Below are positions 20,487 to 29,729 of a stretch of 64,000 nucleotides of DNA, piece after piece (position 1 is the first letter of the stretch; every line of letters starts with the position of its first letter). Made by a program: the position numbers and the translations under genes. Below the pieces are notes generated by a model, which was given only the letters and a program-made list of their open reading frames with translations, was not told the origin of the DNA and searched no databases. The stretch lies in the NCBI GenBank assembly GCA_001873435.1, contig MNZB01000004.1, forward strand, positions 239,538 to 303,537, given 5' to 3'. The stretch is from Candidatus Pacebacteria bacterium CG2_30_36_39 (GTDB taxonomy: Bacteria; Patescibacteriota; Microgenomatia; UBA1400; PJMF01).

Positions 20487-21464
20487 ATGAATACTAAGAA
20501 ACGAGCAAGGGTTTTAGTTGCAGGCGGTGGTGGCTTTATTGGTGGTCACTTAATTAAATATCTTAAAAAACAAGGTTATGAAAAAATCAGAGCTGTAGAC
20601 ATCAAACCACTGTCTGAGTGGCAACAGCTAGATTCTAAAGTTGAAAACATTTCCCTAGATCTTAAAGATAAAAACAACTGTATCGAAGCAGTTAAAGGAA
20701 TTGATGAAGTTTATAACCTAGCAGCTGATATGGGTGGCATTGGTTTTATCGAAAATAATAAGGCCAGTTGTATGCTGAGCGTTTTAATAAACACTCACTT
20801 ATTATTAGCAGCCAAAAATAACAAAGTTAAACGTTTTTTCTTTGCTTCATCAGCTTGTGTTTATGCTGCTGACAAACAAACAGAAACTCAAAATAAGGGC
20901 TTAAAAGAAAGCGATGCTTATCCAGCCATGGCTGAAGATGGTTACGGTTGGGAAAAGTTATTCAGTGAAAGAATGTGTCGCCACTTTGCAGAAGATTTCG
21001 GCTTAAAAACAAGAGTAGCTAGATTTCATAATGTTTATGGCCCATTCGGTGATTACAACACCGGCCGTGAAAAAGCTCCTGCTGCTTTAACTAGAAAAAT
21101 CATTGCTGCTGAAAAAACAAAGAAAAAAGAAATTGAAATTTGGGGAGATGGTGAGCAAACTAGAAGCTTTATGTATATTGATGACTGTGTAAAAGGCATC
21201 GACCTAATTATGCACAGTAATATTAAGGAGCCAGTCAACTTGGGTAGTGAAGAAATGGTTTCCATTAATCAATTGGTAGAGATATTAGAAAAAATTGCCA
21301 AAATAACTGTCAAAAGAAAGTATTTGCTTAACGCACCAAAAGGAGTTAGAGGTAGGAGTAGTGATAATACTCTGCTTAGAAAATATCTGAGTTGGGAACC
21401 ATCTATTTCTCTCAAAAGAGGTATGAGCAAACTATATCAGTGGATCAAACAAGTAGAAAAGTAA
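20487..21464 (+). CDS. GDP-mannose 3,5-epimerase (GME; NAD-dependent epimerase/dehydratase family).
   Basis: Near-identical blocks to plant and bacterial GME: 'AGGGGFIGGHL', 'YNLAADMGGIGFIENN', 'KRFFFASSACVYAADKQTETQNKGLKESDAYPA...GYGWEKL', 'RFHNVYGPFGDYNTGREKAPAA', 'EIWGDGEQTRSF.YIDDCV', 'EPVNLGSEEMVSIN', 'KGVRGRSSDN'. Confidence 0.8.
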   Translation: MNTKKRARVLVAGGGGFIGGHLIKYLKKQGYEKIRAVDIKPLSEWQQLDSKVENISLDLKDKNNCIEAVKGIDEVYNLAADMGGIGFIENNKASCMLSVLINTHLLLAAKNNKVKRFFFASSACVYAADKQTETQNKGLKESDAYPAMAEDGYGWEKLFSERMCRHFAEDFGLKTRVARFHNVYGPFGDYNTGREKAPAALTRKIIAAEKTKKKEIEIWGDGEQTRSFMYIDDCVKGIDLIMHSNIKEPVNLGSEEMVSINQLVEILEKIAKITVKRKYLLNAPKGVRGRSSDNTLLRKYLSWEPSISLKRGMSKLYQWIKQVEK

Positions 21465-21517
21465 TCTTATTGACAGACCATAACGCATAGATTAGTTTAA
21501 CATAGAGAAATATCATT

Positions 21518-21805
21518 ATGATGCATTTTATTAATCAACTTAAAAACCAATTAATGGATTTTTTTCAAAGCAAAAAAACCCTAATGAAATATTTAAAAAA
21601 AATTAACTTTTATTTTAAAAAATTTCAAACAATAGTGAACTTTCTTATTTCCTTTATAAGCTTACTATTCACTTATATTGTTGGCATTGGAATTACTAGC
21701 TTAGTTGCAAAGATAGTGGGCAAAAAATTTCTTGGCAAAAAAGCCACTGATTCTCAATGGGTAGCGGTAGATTATTCAGATAAATTTAATCAGAAAATGT
21801 CCTAA
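21518..21805 (+). CDS. Small membrane protein (hypothetical).
   Basis: 95 aa with one TM helix (IVNFLISFISLLFTYIVGIGITSLVA). Its stop is 2 nt before the carbamoyltransferase start. Confidence 0.3.
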   Translation: MMHFINQLKNQLMDFFQSKKTLMKYLKKINFYFKKFQTIVNFLISFISLLFTYIVGIGITSLVAKIVGKKFLGKKATDSQWVAVDYSDKFNQKMS

Positions 21806-21807
21806 AA

Positions 21808-23538
21808 ATGAAAACACTAGGTATTTCAGCTTTTTACCATGATTCAGCAGTTTGTTTAATAATTGATGGAAAAATCATTGCGGCGGCTGCAGAAGAACGT
21901 TTTACTAGAATAAAACATGATAATAATTTTCCCCATCGAGCCATTAAATACTGCTTGGAAGAAGCAAACATATCTATTAATGATTTAGATGCTATTGCTT
22001 TCTACGAAAAGCCAATCTGGAAATTTGAAAGACTGCTCAGTCAGCATCTCGAGTACTTTCCCCTTAGCATTAAGGTCTTTTTAGAAAACACCGGTTCTTG
22101 GCTGAATCAAAAACTAAATGTAGAAAACATTGTAAAAAAAGAACTCAAATACAATGGCAAAATATTTTTCAGTCCTCATCACCTTTCGCATGCTGCCAGT
22201 GCCTATTATCTTTCAGATTTTGAAGATTCAGTAATTGTTACGGTTGATGGAGTTGGAGAATGGGCCACTACTACTGTTGGTAGAGCAACTAAAAACAAAA
22301 TTAAAATAGATAAAGAAATCAGATTTCCTCACTCTCTTGGTTTGCTTTATAGCACCTTAACTGGTTATTTAGGTTTCAAAGTTAATGATGCTGAATATAA
22401 AGTCATGGGCCTTGCTGCTTATGGTGACTACAAACCATTTTTAAAGAAATTCGACCAATTAATCAAAATGCATAAAGACGGAAGTTATTCCTTAAATATG
22501 GAATATTTTGATTATGGTTGGGCAGAACATATGCCATCAGCAAAAATGGCTAAATTATTTGGTTATCCTATTAGAAAACCAGAATCAAAAATAGAACGAC
22601 ATCACGAAAACATTGCTGCTGCCTTGCAATACAAAACAGAACAAGTAGTTTTTAATTTACTTAAAAAAGCTCACCAAGAATACAAATGCGATAATCTTTG
22701 CATGGCTGGCGGTGTAGCTTTAAACTCTGTCTTAAATGGCAAAATATTGACAAATACTCCATTTAAAAAAATCTATATTCCCCCGGCTCCCAGCGATGCT
22801 GGTGGAGCCATGGGAGCTGCTTTATATCTAGATCAAAACCCAGAATTAATTGGTTTAAAGAAAAACACCAAAACAACCCATTTGGCCTTAGCTAAAAACT
22901 TCACTCCATACTTGGGTCCAGCTTATAGCCAAGATAGAATTCTAAAGGCTATTAAAGATTCCAAGCTAAAATATAAGTTATATAAAAGTGAAAAAGATTT
23001 ATTAGACTTTATTAGTGATTTAATCATTGATAAAAAAGTAATTGGCTGGTATCAAGGCAGGATGGAATGGGGGCCAAGAGCTTTGGGTAGTCGTAGTATT
23101 CTTGCTGCTGCCACCAGTAAAGACATGAAAGATATTTTGAATTTAAAAGTTAAAAAAAGAGAATTATTTAGACCTTTTGCCCCAGTTATTTTGGAAAAAT
23201 ATGCCCACGAATTCTTTGAAGCAGATAAGCCATTGCCTCCACTAGCCAAATACATGTTGCTTGTATATCAATTTACCAAAAAGGGAGCCAAAGACATTCC
23301 TTCTGTGGTTCATGTCAACGGTAGTGGAAGATTACAAAGCATCAATTGCAAAGAAAATCCTCTTTATTATGATCTTATTGATACTTATAGAAAAAAGACT
23401 GGAGTACCAGTTATCATCAATACTTCTTTTAATGTTCGCGGAGAACCAATTATCGATTCTCCAGAAAGCGCTATTAACTGCTTTTTAACAACAGAAATAG
23501 ATTGTTTAGTGATGGATCGCTATATAGTATTAAAGTAG
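21808..23538 (+). CDS. Carbamoyltransferase (NodU/CmcH family).
   Basis: 'MKTLGISAFYHDSAVCLI.DGKIIAAAAEERFTRIKHD..FP' N-terminal Kae1-like ASKHA fold plus a C-terminal YrdC-like domain, 576 aa. Confidence 0.85.
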   Translation: MKTLGISAFYHDSAVCLIIDGKIIAAAAEERFTRIKHDNNFPHRAIKYCLEEANISINDLDAIAFYEKPIWKFERLLSQHLEYFPLSIKVFLENTGSWLNQKLNVENIVKKELKYNGKIFFSPHHLSHAASAYYLSDFEDSVIVTVDGVGEWATTTVGRATKNKIKIDKEIRFPHSLGLLYSTLTGYLGFKVNDAEYKVMGLAAYGDYKPFLKKFDQLIKMHKDGSYSLNMEYFDYGWAEHMPSAKMAKLFGYPIRKPESKIERHHENIAAALQYKTEQVVFNLLKKAHQEYKCDNLCMAGGVALNSVLNGKILTNTPFKKIYIPPAPSDAGGAMGAALYLDQNPELIGLKKNTKTTHLALAKNFTPYLGPAYSQDRILKAIKDSKLKYKLYKSEKDLLDFISDLIIDKKVIGWYQGRMEWGPRALGSRSILAAATSKDMKDILNLKVKKRELFRPFAPVILEKYAHEFFEADKPLPPLAKYMLLVYQFTKKGAKDIPSVVHVNGSGRLQSINCKENPLYYDLIDTYRKKTGVPVIINTSFNVRGEPIIDSPESAINCFLTTEIDCLVMDRYIVLK

Positions 23539-23550
23539 AATAAAAATAAT

Positions 23551-23694
23551 ATGTTTAAAGAATTAATTAAATATTTATGGAAAAATAAATCTTGGTGGAT
23601 TATCCCACCAGTAATTATTTTAATTATCTTTGGCGCATTAGTGGTTTTTTCTCAAACATCTCCACTTAGTCCATTTATCTACGTCTTATTTTAA
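23551..23694 (+). CDS. 47-aa membrane protein of the small family that typically follows carbamoyltransferases (DUF5989-like).
   Basis: ATG at 23551, 13 nt after the carbamoyltransferase stop. The sequence is MFKELIKYLWKNKSWWIIPPVIILIIFGALVVFSQTSPLSPFIYVLF. It is too short for the ORF track. Confidence 0.55.
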   Translation: MFKELIKYLWKNKSWWIIPPVIILIIFGALVVFSQTSPLSPFIYVLF

Positions 23695-24917
23695 AGTTTT
23701 TCAATAGCTTTAATCACCATTGGAGTTAGTTTTTTGGCAACTATTTCATAACCTTTATCTGACGTATGAATGTGATCAATATAAATATCTTCTGAAAATT
23801 CATTATAAAAATCTGTGCCATCAATAATTGTTTTATCCAAAAATAATTTGGATTTAAGCAAATAGTCATAAGCAGAAGAAAAATACTTCTCTGCCCCAGG
23901 AAAAACCCCCACAAATCTTTCCTTAATTCTTATTTCTTCAGTTGAAAAAGATTTATTACCCCAAAAAATAGTTGGTTGAAAAACAAATAATACAGGAGTT
24001 TTTGTTTTACTCGCTATTGCGTTAATATAGTCAACACTTTCTTCATATTTTTTTGCTGAATCAATTGCAACATTCCCTTGTTCTAAAATATTCTCAGCTT
24101 TATTAAGATTTGATTTTTGCAAATGATATCTAAAAAAACCAAGTAATTCACTCTTATTTAAACGATTTTTAACTTCTTCTTCTATTAATGACCAAGCAGC
24201 ACCCAATTTTTTCTTGGTCAAAGCATTCTCATTAATACCAGGCAAATTTGACCCTACTTTATAAATAAAACCAGCATAAAGATCATTAAAACCACCATAG
24301 TGAATAACTAAATCTGGTTGGTAGGCACTAATTTCTTTCCACATCAATAATTCTTGAGTAGAAACATAGCCTGGCTGGCCTAGATTTAGCACTTCTATTT
24401 TATTGGCTACTAAATTTATTTTTTTCTCTGCCAACTTGTTATTTAGCTCTTTCTCTAGATAGCCAATAATAGTTTTATCATCAGCCGTTGCTCCCTGACC
24501 CCAAACTGAAGAACCGCCCAATATGATGATTCTAAAAGTTCCAGCTTGTTTTTCTCCCCAGTCATTACCCCTATAGCCTAATGAGTTGGTAGAAACGACT
24601 CCGTTGTCTTGATTTGGATCAGATGCCCACAACAAAAATGGCTTATATGAATATTTAATATTCTCATACTGTTTAGTAACAAAATCCTGTTCTTCCAAAC
24701 TAGAAAAAGTAGAAAAATATAAACGATCAACATTCTTCACTCGATGAATAAATCTTAGTGTTAACTCACCAGCAATTAAAAATAAAAAAACAATCAAACA
24801 AGAAATTAAAACTAGAAACAATTTATTTATTTTAAAAGCAAACTTATTATCAGCTTCTAATACTATTTTTTCTCTAGAATTAACAGATTCTTTTTTCTCA
24901 GACCTAACACTAAACAT
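23691..24917 (-). CDS. Membrane-anchored SGNH/GDSL-family hydrolase (possible glycan O-acetyl esterase/transferase).
   Basis: N-terminal TM helix. Block I 'IIILGGSSVWGQGA' contains the catalytic Ser. Block III is 'VIHYGGFNDL'. The late 'DHIHTSDKGYE' supplies the Asp/His. Confidence 0.55.
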   Translation of the reverse strand: MFSVRSEKKESVNSREKIVLEADNKFAFKINKLFLVLISCLIVFLFLIAGELTLRFIHRVKNVDRLYFSTFSSLEEQDFVTKQYENIKYSYKPFLLWASDPNQDNGVVSTNSLGYRGNDWGEKQAGTFRIIILGGSSVWGQGATADDKTIIGYLEKELNNKLAEKKINLVANKIEVLNLGQPGYVSTQELLMWKEISAYQPDLVIHYGGFNDLYAGFIYKVGSNLPGINENALTKKKLGAAWSLIEEEVKNRLNKSELLGFFRYHLQKSNLNKAENILEQGNVAIDSAKKYEESVDYINAIASKTKTPVLFVFQPTIFWGNKSFSTEEIRIKERFVGVFPGAEKYFSSAYDYLLKSKLFLDKTIIDGTDFYNEFSEDIYIDHIHTSDKGYEIVAKKLTPMVIKAIEKL

Positions 24918-24992
24918 AGGCCAGATTGTACTATAATAATTAAACGATTAACAAACAGCTAATAAATATTATTTCAAGAAAAATTTAAACCA

Positions 24993-26120
24993 ATGAAGAT
25001 AATAACAAGAATAAAACATTTTTTTAGAAATCTTCTTTTTGGAATATTTGCCTCTATCTTTACATCATTGCTTATTTTAGTTGCAATCAATCTTTTTCTT
25101 GAAAAAATATACCTTCGTAATAATTTACCCCAGCATGATTGGACGGTTTTATTTACTACTTATGATCCTAGGTATGTTTTTTGGCAAAACTGCCTTGATG
25201 AATTCTGTCCAGAAAAATTTGGACAAAATTATCCACTGGATAAAATAGGAATTTATACCAATAAATTTAATTCTGAAAAAAATAAAGAAGCCAATTCTTG
25301 TTTAAAAATTTTGTTCCTTGGAGATTCTTTTTCTTCTTCTCCATTCTCAGATCATAGTTATTCATATTATTTTGCAGATTCACTGGCAAAAAACTCTAGT
25401 TTTTGTGTAGAAACAATTAGCATTGCCTCTGGAGGAGCTGGAAATAGTCAAGAATTAGCAAGACTTGAAGATGTAATAGAACAAGCCAAACCGAATGCAG
25501 TAATATGGCAATTCTACTGGAATGATTTTTTCGACAACATTAGATTTTCTCTTTTTGAAATTAACAATGAAGAACTAATTAGAAAAAAAGCTTGGGATAG
25601 CTCAGCCTTTTGGTCTGGATACATTAATCAAAAAATTCATCTTCTTGAAGATTCAACCTTGGGAAAATTCATCTCTACTAAAATGTTTTATAACGATCTT
25701 TTTCATAGCCAACCAGCAGATGATCGAGATTTTGCAAAAGTTATTGAATATAACCAAAAATTTATTCCTTTGGCAATTAAAAGAGTAGAAAAATTGGGAG
25801 AAAAAAATAATTTCAAACTATTTACCACCCTATCTCCCATGGAATGTCAATTTAATACTAATTCAACCTGTGAAAAATGGGCTATTAATTTCCAAGATCA
25901 ATTGAGAAAAATACTTTCAGAAAACAATAATTATTTATCAATGGAAAAAGAATTTATAATAAACGATCAAGAAAAAACCATTGAAGAATCCCAAAACAAA
26001 GAAATTCTTTTTGCAGAAAATGATAAACTCACAACTAAGGGAATCAGACACTTATCAGATGATGGAGAAAAATATTTTGGTGGAATTTTATTGCAAAATT
26101 TCTTAAACAAAATTAGTTAA
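24993..26120 (+). CDS. Second SGNH-like hydrolase, transcribed divergently.
   Basis: N-terminal TM helix, then 'ILFLGDSFSSS' (GDS motif) and 'AVIWQFYWNDF'. Confidence 0.45.
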   Translation: MKIITRIKHFFRNLLFGIFASIFTSLLILVAINLFLEKIYLRNNLPQHDWTVLFTTYDPRYVFWQNCLDEFCPEKFGQNYPLDKIGIYTNKFNSEKNKEANSCLKILFLGDSFSSSPFSDHSYSYYFADSLAKNSSFCVETISIASGGAGNSQELARLEDVIEQAKPNAVIWQFYWNDFFDNIRFSLFEINNEELIRKKAWDSSAFWSGYINQKIHLLEDSTLGKFISTKMFYNDLFHSQPADDRDFAKVIEYNQKFIPLAIKRVEKLGEKNNFKLFTTLSPMECQFNTNSTCEKWAINFQDQLRKILSENNNYLSMEKEFIINDQEKTIEESQNKEILFAENDKLTTKGIRHLSDDGEKYFGGILLQNFLNKIS

Positions 26121-26125
26121 ACATA

Positions 26126-26857
26126 ATGAAAATAATTATAGATCAATTAAATTTTATAATTGGAAATTTTGATCAAGTAATAGTAGCCATTCAAAACAAA
26201 TTTAAAACCAGAGGCATTACGGTTTTACCCTGCTCTCTCAACGATCTCGCAACTAAAAAATTCAATCCAAATTACGAAATTTATTATCAAAACGTTGATG
26301 TTTGCACAACTGATAGTATGATTTTAACCAAATGGTTGAGTTATAAACTCGGCTTAAAAATAGAAAGAGTTTACGGGCCAGATCTTTTATTAGCATTATT
26401 CAAAAAAACAAATTTAGAACCTGGTAAGACATTTTTTTTAGGTGCTAATAAGCAAATGCTGGAACAACTAAAAAATAAACTAGCAATTAAAAATAACAAC
26501 CAATTTAACTTTATAACCTTATCAAAAACTGCTACTGAAAAAGAGGAGGAGCTGGTTTTAACAACAATAATAAAAGCAAAACCGAATTTTTTGTGGTTAG
26601 GAATTGGCTCTCCAAAACAAATAGAACTAGCCTACAAATTAAGAAAGCAATTACCCAAAACACATATTTTCTGCGTTGGGGCTGCTCTAGATTTTATTAG
26701 TGGTAACAAAAAACAAGCACCTATTTGGATGCAAAAAAATGGTCTCGAATGGCTATTTAGATTAATCTCCGAACCACAGAGACTATGGAATAGATATTTA
26801 ATCAGCATACCAAAATATATTTTTCTAAAATTAATAGAAAAACTCTTGTTAAAATAA
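26126..26857 (+). CDS. WecG/TagA/CpsF-family (GT26) glycosyltransferase.
   Basis: 'GPDLL..L......FFLGA', 'NFLWLGIGSPKQIELA', 'VGAALDFISGNKKQAPIWMQKNGLEWLFRL..EP.RLWNRYL'. Confidence 0.85.
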   Translation: MKIIIDQLNFIIGNFDQVIVAIQNKFKTRGITVLPCSLNDLATKKFNPNYEIYYQNVDVCTTDSMILTKWLSYKLGLKIERVYGPDLLLALFKKTNLEPGKTFFLGANKQMLEQLKNKLAIKNNNQFNFITLSKTATEKEEELVLTTIIKAKPNFLWLGIGSPKQIELAYKLRKQLPKTHIFCVGAALDFISGNKKQAPIWMQKNGLEWLFRLISEPQRLWNRYLISIPKYIFLKLIEKLLLK

Positions 26858-26862
26858 CAATT

Positions 26863-28026
26863 ATGAATGTCATTTTTTCTACTTATGAAACTAAAGAAAT
26901 AGGCGGCAGCTACCTTAGATCCCTCTCCCTAGCTCAGGGCTTGAGCAAGTTGGGCCATAAAGTAACCCTTTGGACTAGTGCAAAAACAATTTGCTTGAAA
27001 CCAAAAATATCATTTGAAGAAAATGTTAAAGTAATTGAATCTATTGGCATTTTTCCTTACAGATTTAGAAAAGGTGGATATGATCCACTAGATTTAGTCT
27101 TTCGCACTTTAGCTATTTTGTTCTCACCAGCTGAAATAATTCATAGCTTTAACCACCGTCCTACTGCATCAATACCTGGATTAATAAAATCTTTGTTTTC
27201 AAAAACAAAATGGTTTGTTGACTGGGCAGATCTATGGGGAAGAGGTGGAATTGCCGATCGAAGATATGGATTATTTAGCTTCATTACCTCAAGAGTAGAT
27301 CACTATTCTGAACAATTAATTATAAAATTAGCAAATTATGTAACTCCAATAAGTGATGACTTGGTTAGAAAAGCAAAAAATATTAGAAATTCTAATAAAA
27401 ATATATATTTTTTAGCTGTGGGCGCAAACATTGATCATATTTCTCCATTAAAAAAAGAAGTTGCTAGAAATAAATTAAAACTTTCTTTAAAAAATAAGAT
27501 TTTAGTCTATCTATACGTTGGCACCTATGATGAAATCTTATTAGCTCAGATGTTTATTGAATTGAGAAAAATAAGATCAGATGTTAGCTTACTTTTACTT
27601 GGCCCAAATATCCCAGATTTTTATCAAGAATTTAATAAAAATAAAGAGTATTTAAAAAACGTAATTCATCCAGGAATAGTTTCTAGAGAAATGTTAACTT
27701 GGTATTTGGCAGCTGGGGATATTATGATGATGCCTTTTGCTAATAAAGAAATTAATCTAGGAAAATTTCCCAATAAACTTGGAGATTATTTAGCCGCTGG
27801 AAGACCAATTTTAGGCAATCCAACTGGAGAAGTTAAAAAACTATTAGAAAAAGAAAATGTAGGAGTTCTTGCATCAGAAGAACCTAAAAAATTCGCTAAA
27901 GCAGCAGACAAATTACTTAATGATAAACAAAAACTATTGGTACTTGGAAAAAATGCTCGTAAAGCAGCTGAACTACTTTCTTGGAAGGCTGTCGCTCAAC
28001 AACTTGAAAGTTTTTACCTCAAATAA
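26863..28026 (+). CDS. GT4 (GT-B) glycosyltransferase.
   Basis: 387 aa. The C-terminal half has a GT1/GT4-type pattern (…ILLLGPNIP…DIMMMPF…GRPILGNPTGE…). Confidence 0.7.
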   Translation: MNVIFSTYETKEIGGSYLRSLSLAQGLSKLGHKVTLWTSAKTICLKPKISFEENVKVIESIGIFPYRFRKGGYDPLDLVFRTLAILFSPAEIIHSFNHRPTASIPGLIKSLFSKTKWFVDWADLWGRGGIADRRYGLFSFITSRVDHYSEQLIIKLANYVTPISDDLVRKAKNIRNSNKNIYFLAVGANIDHISPLKKEVARNKLKLSLKNKILVYLYVGTYDEILLAQMFIELRKIRSDVSLLLLGPNIPDFYQEFNKNKEYLKNVIHPGIVSREMLTWYLAAGDIMMMPFANKEINLGKFPNKLGDYLAAGRPILGNPTGEVKKLLEKENVGVLASEEPKKFAKAADKLLNDKQKLLVLGKNARKAAELLSWKAVAQQLESFYLK

Positions 28027-28839
28027 ATTTTTTCTAAACTGCCACTGAAGCTTATCTTGGTCATAATAAATACTTGGATTAATTTTTGTATGATTTGCTA
28101 ATTTTGCAATTTGCCTCCAAGCAATTTTACCAATCAAACTAATTTTTTCAGGAACCCAAGCGTTTATCTCTCGATAATACTTTTGATGGTTATCATTATT
28201 CTTACGATTTGGATTCAAACGATAAGAAGCCAAACAGGCCTCAACACAATAAAGTCTTTCATGCTTTGCAAAAGATTGCCACAACTTGAGATCCATCGAA
28301 TAAGGAACCTCCGCCAAACCTCCACCTGCTTTATTCCAAAGCGAACGACGCCAAAAAGTCCCCTCTTGCATCACAAAACCCATGAATTTTCTTGTGTACC
28401 AGCCTCTTTTAATAAAAGACTGAATATAGAATGGTGGTTGGGCTAAATAAAGTTGATAGCCTTGATCATTAATAGTAGATGGCAAACTAGTTAGCCAACT
28501 CACTTCTTTTAATTGGGCAAAAATACTTCCAACTAGCTGTAAAGCTCCTGGCCTTAAAATATCATCACTATTTAACCAAGCCATAACTTGTCCATTTGTT
28601 CTTGCAAAACCCTTATTAATGGCATGTGACTGCCCACGGTCGGCAACACTTTCCCAATGAGCCAAATATTTTTCATATTTCTTAATAATTTTTTTACTAC
28701 CATCGGTAGAACCACCATCAATAATCACATATTCTAAATTTGGGTAATTTTGATCAAGAATAGAACAAATGGTTTTTTCTAAAAATTCACCTTGATTGTA
28801 AGACGGAGTAACAATGGAAATTTTAGGAAGATTTTTCAT
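27973..28839 (-). CDS. GT2 glycosyltransferase.
   Basis: 'ISIVTPSYNQGEFLEKTICSILDQNYPNLEYVIIDGGSTDGS'. Confidence 0.8.
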   Translation of the reverse strand: MKNLPKISIVTPSYNQGEFLEKTICSILDQNYPNLEYVIIDGGSTDGSKKIIKKYEKYLAHWESVADRGQSHAINKGFARTNGQVMAWLNSDDILRPGALQLVGSIFAQLKEVSWLTSLPSTINDQGYQLYLAQPPFYIQSFIKRGWYTRKFMGFVMQEGTFWRRSLWNKAGGGLAEVPYSMDLKLWQSFAKHERLYCVEACLASYRLNPNRKNNDNHQKYYREINAWVPEKISLIGKIAWRQIAKLANHTKINPSIYYDQDKLQWQFRKNLFEVKTFKLLSDSLPRK

Positions 28840-29729
28840 TAATTTTCAACAACTGGTTCTACAAATGAAATTTTACCAATGACAGAAATATTATCAAAAA
28901 TTAAATATAATTTACTATCAACCAATAGTGGAGATTCTTTACGATAATAGTAATTGCCATTAATTTCTTCTCCAAGAATTTCTAAAGTTAAAGTAGTTTT
29001 AGTTCTTTCTGGATCTACTACAGAATAATAATTACCAGCTTCTACAAAACTTCTTTTACCTGGTTGAGTTTTAATTGAAACAATTTTCACTAATTCCGAT
29101 CCTTTGGCATCAGCAATGTTCATTCCTTCTTTTAATGCCCTAAGAACATGGTTTTCAATTCCTTCGATTAAAGCATTGCTGTTATTTTGAAAGTCTGGAG
29201 ATACTCCTTGAGCGTCGAGTTCCAAAGTAACTAAAAACTTTTTAAATATCTTTTCTTTAGTACCCAAGTCAACTATTTCTCCAGCTAAAAGCAAGTCTCC
29301 AACTTTAAAAGATCGGATGTCATGAATTAACAATGGACTACCATTAAAAACATACTGGCCAGTAACATTATTTTTTAGGGCCCTAAGACGAACAGTTACA
29401 TAAACATCATGATAAATAGATGGACCTGGATACTGATATACATCAACTATTTCAATTAATGATCTTCCCAATCCATCAACTTGTTTTTTCCCAGTTGTCA
29501 CCTGCTCAACATACCAAGATCTTGGTTTATTTTGTCCAAATGAATATTCTGGCCCCTCATAACTAAGTAAGCGAACTGTTAAATCAAGATATTCAACTTT
29601 ACGACTTAAAAAGAAATAAGCAGAACCCATTAAAAAAACCACTAAAAACACCCCCACGAAATCTAGGGCACTGGCATTTCTAAGCTTTTTTAAAAATATA
29701 GATATTAGTTTATGAAGTTGTTTTTTCAT
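28839..29729 (-). CDS. Membrane-anchored hypothetical protein in the glycan locus.
   Basis: 296 aa with one N-terminal TM helix. It is start/stop-coupled to its neighbours. Confidence 0.4.
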   Translation of the reverse strand: MKKQLHKLISIFLKKLRNASALDFVGVFLVVFLMGSAYFFLSRKVEYLDLTVRLLSYEGPEYSFGQNKPRSWYVEQVTTGKKQVDGLGRSLIEIVDVYQYPGPSIYHDVYVTVRLRALKNNVTGQYVFNGSPLLIHDIRSFKVGDLLLAGEIVDLGTKEKIFKKFLVTLELDAQGVSPDFQNNSNALIEGIENHVLRALKEGMNIADAKGSELVKIVSIKTQPGKRSFVEAGNYYSVVDPERTKTTLTLEILGEEINGNYYYRKESPLLVDSKLYLIFDNISVIGKISFVEPVVEN

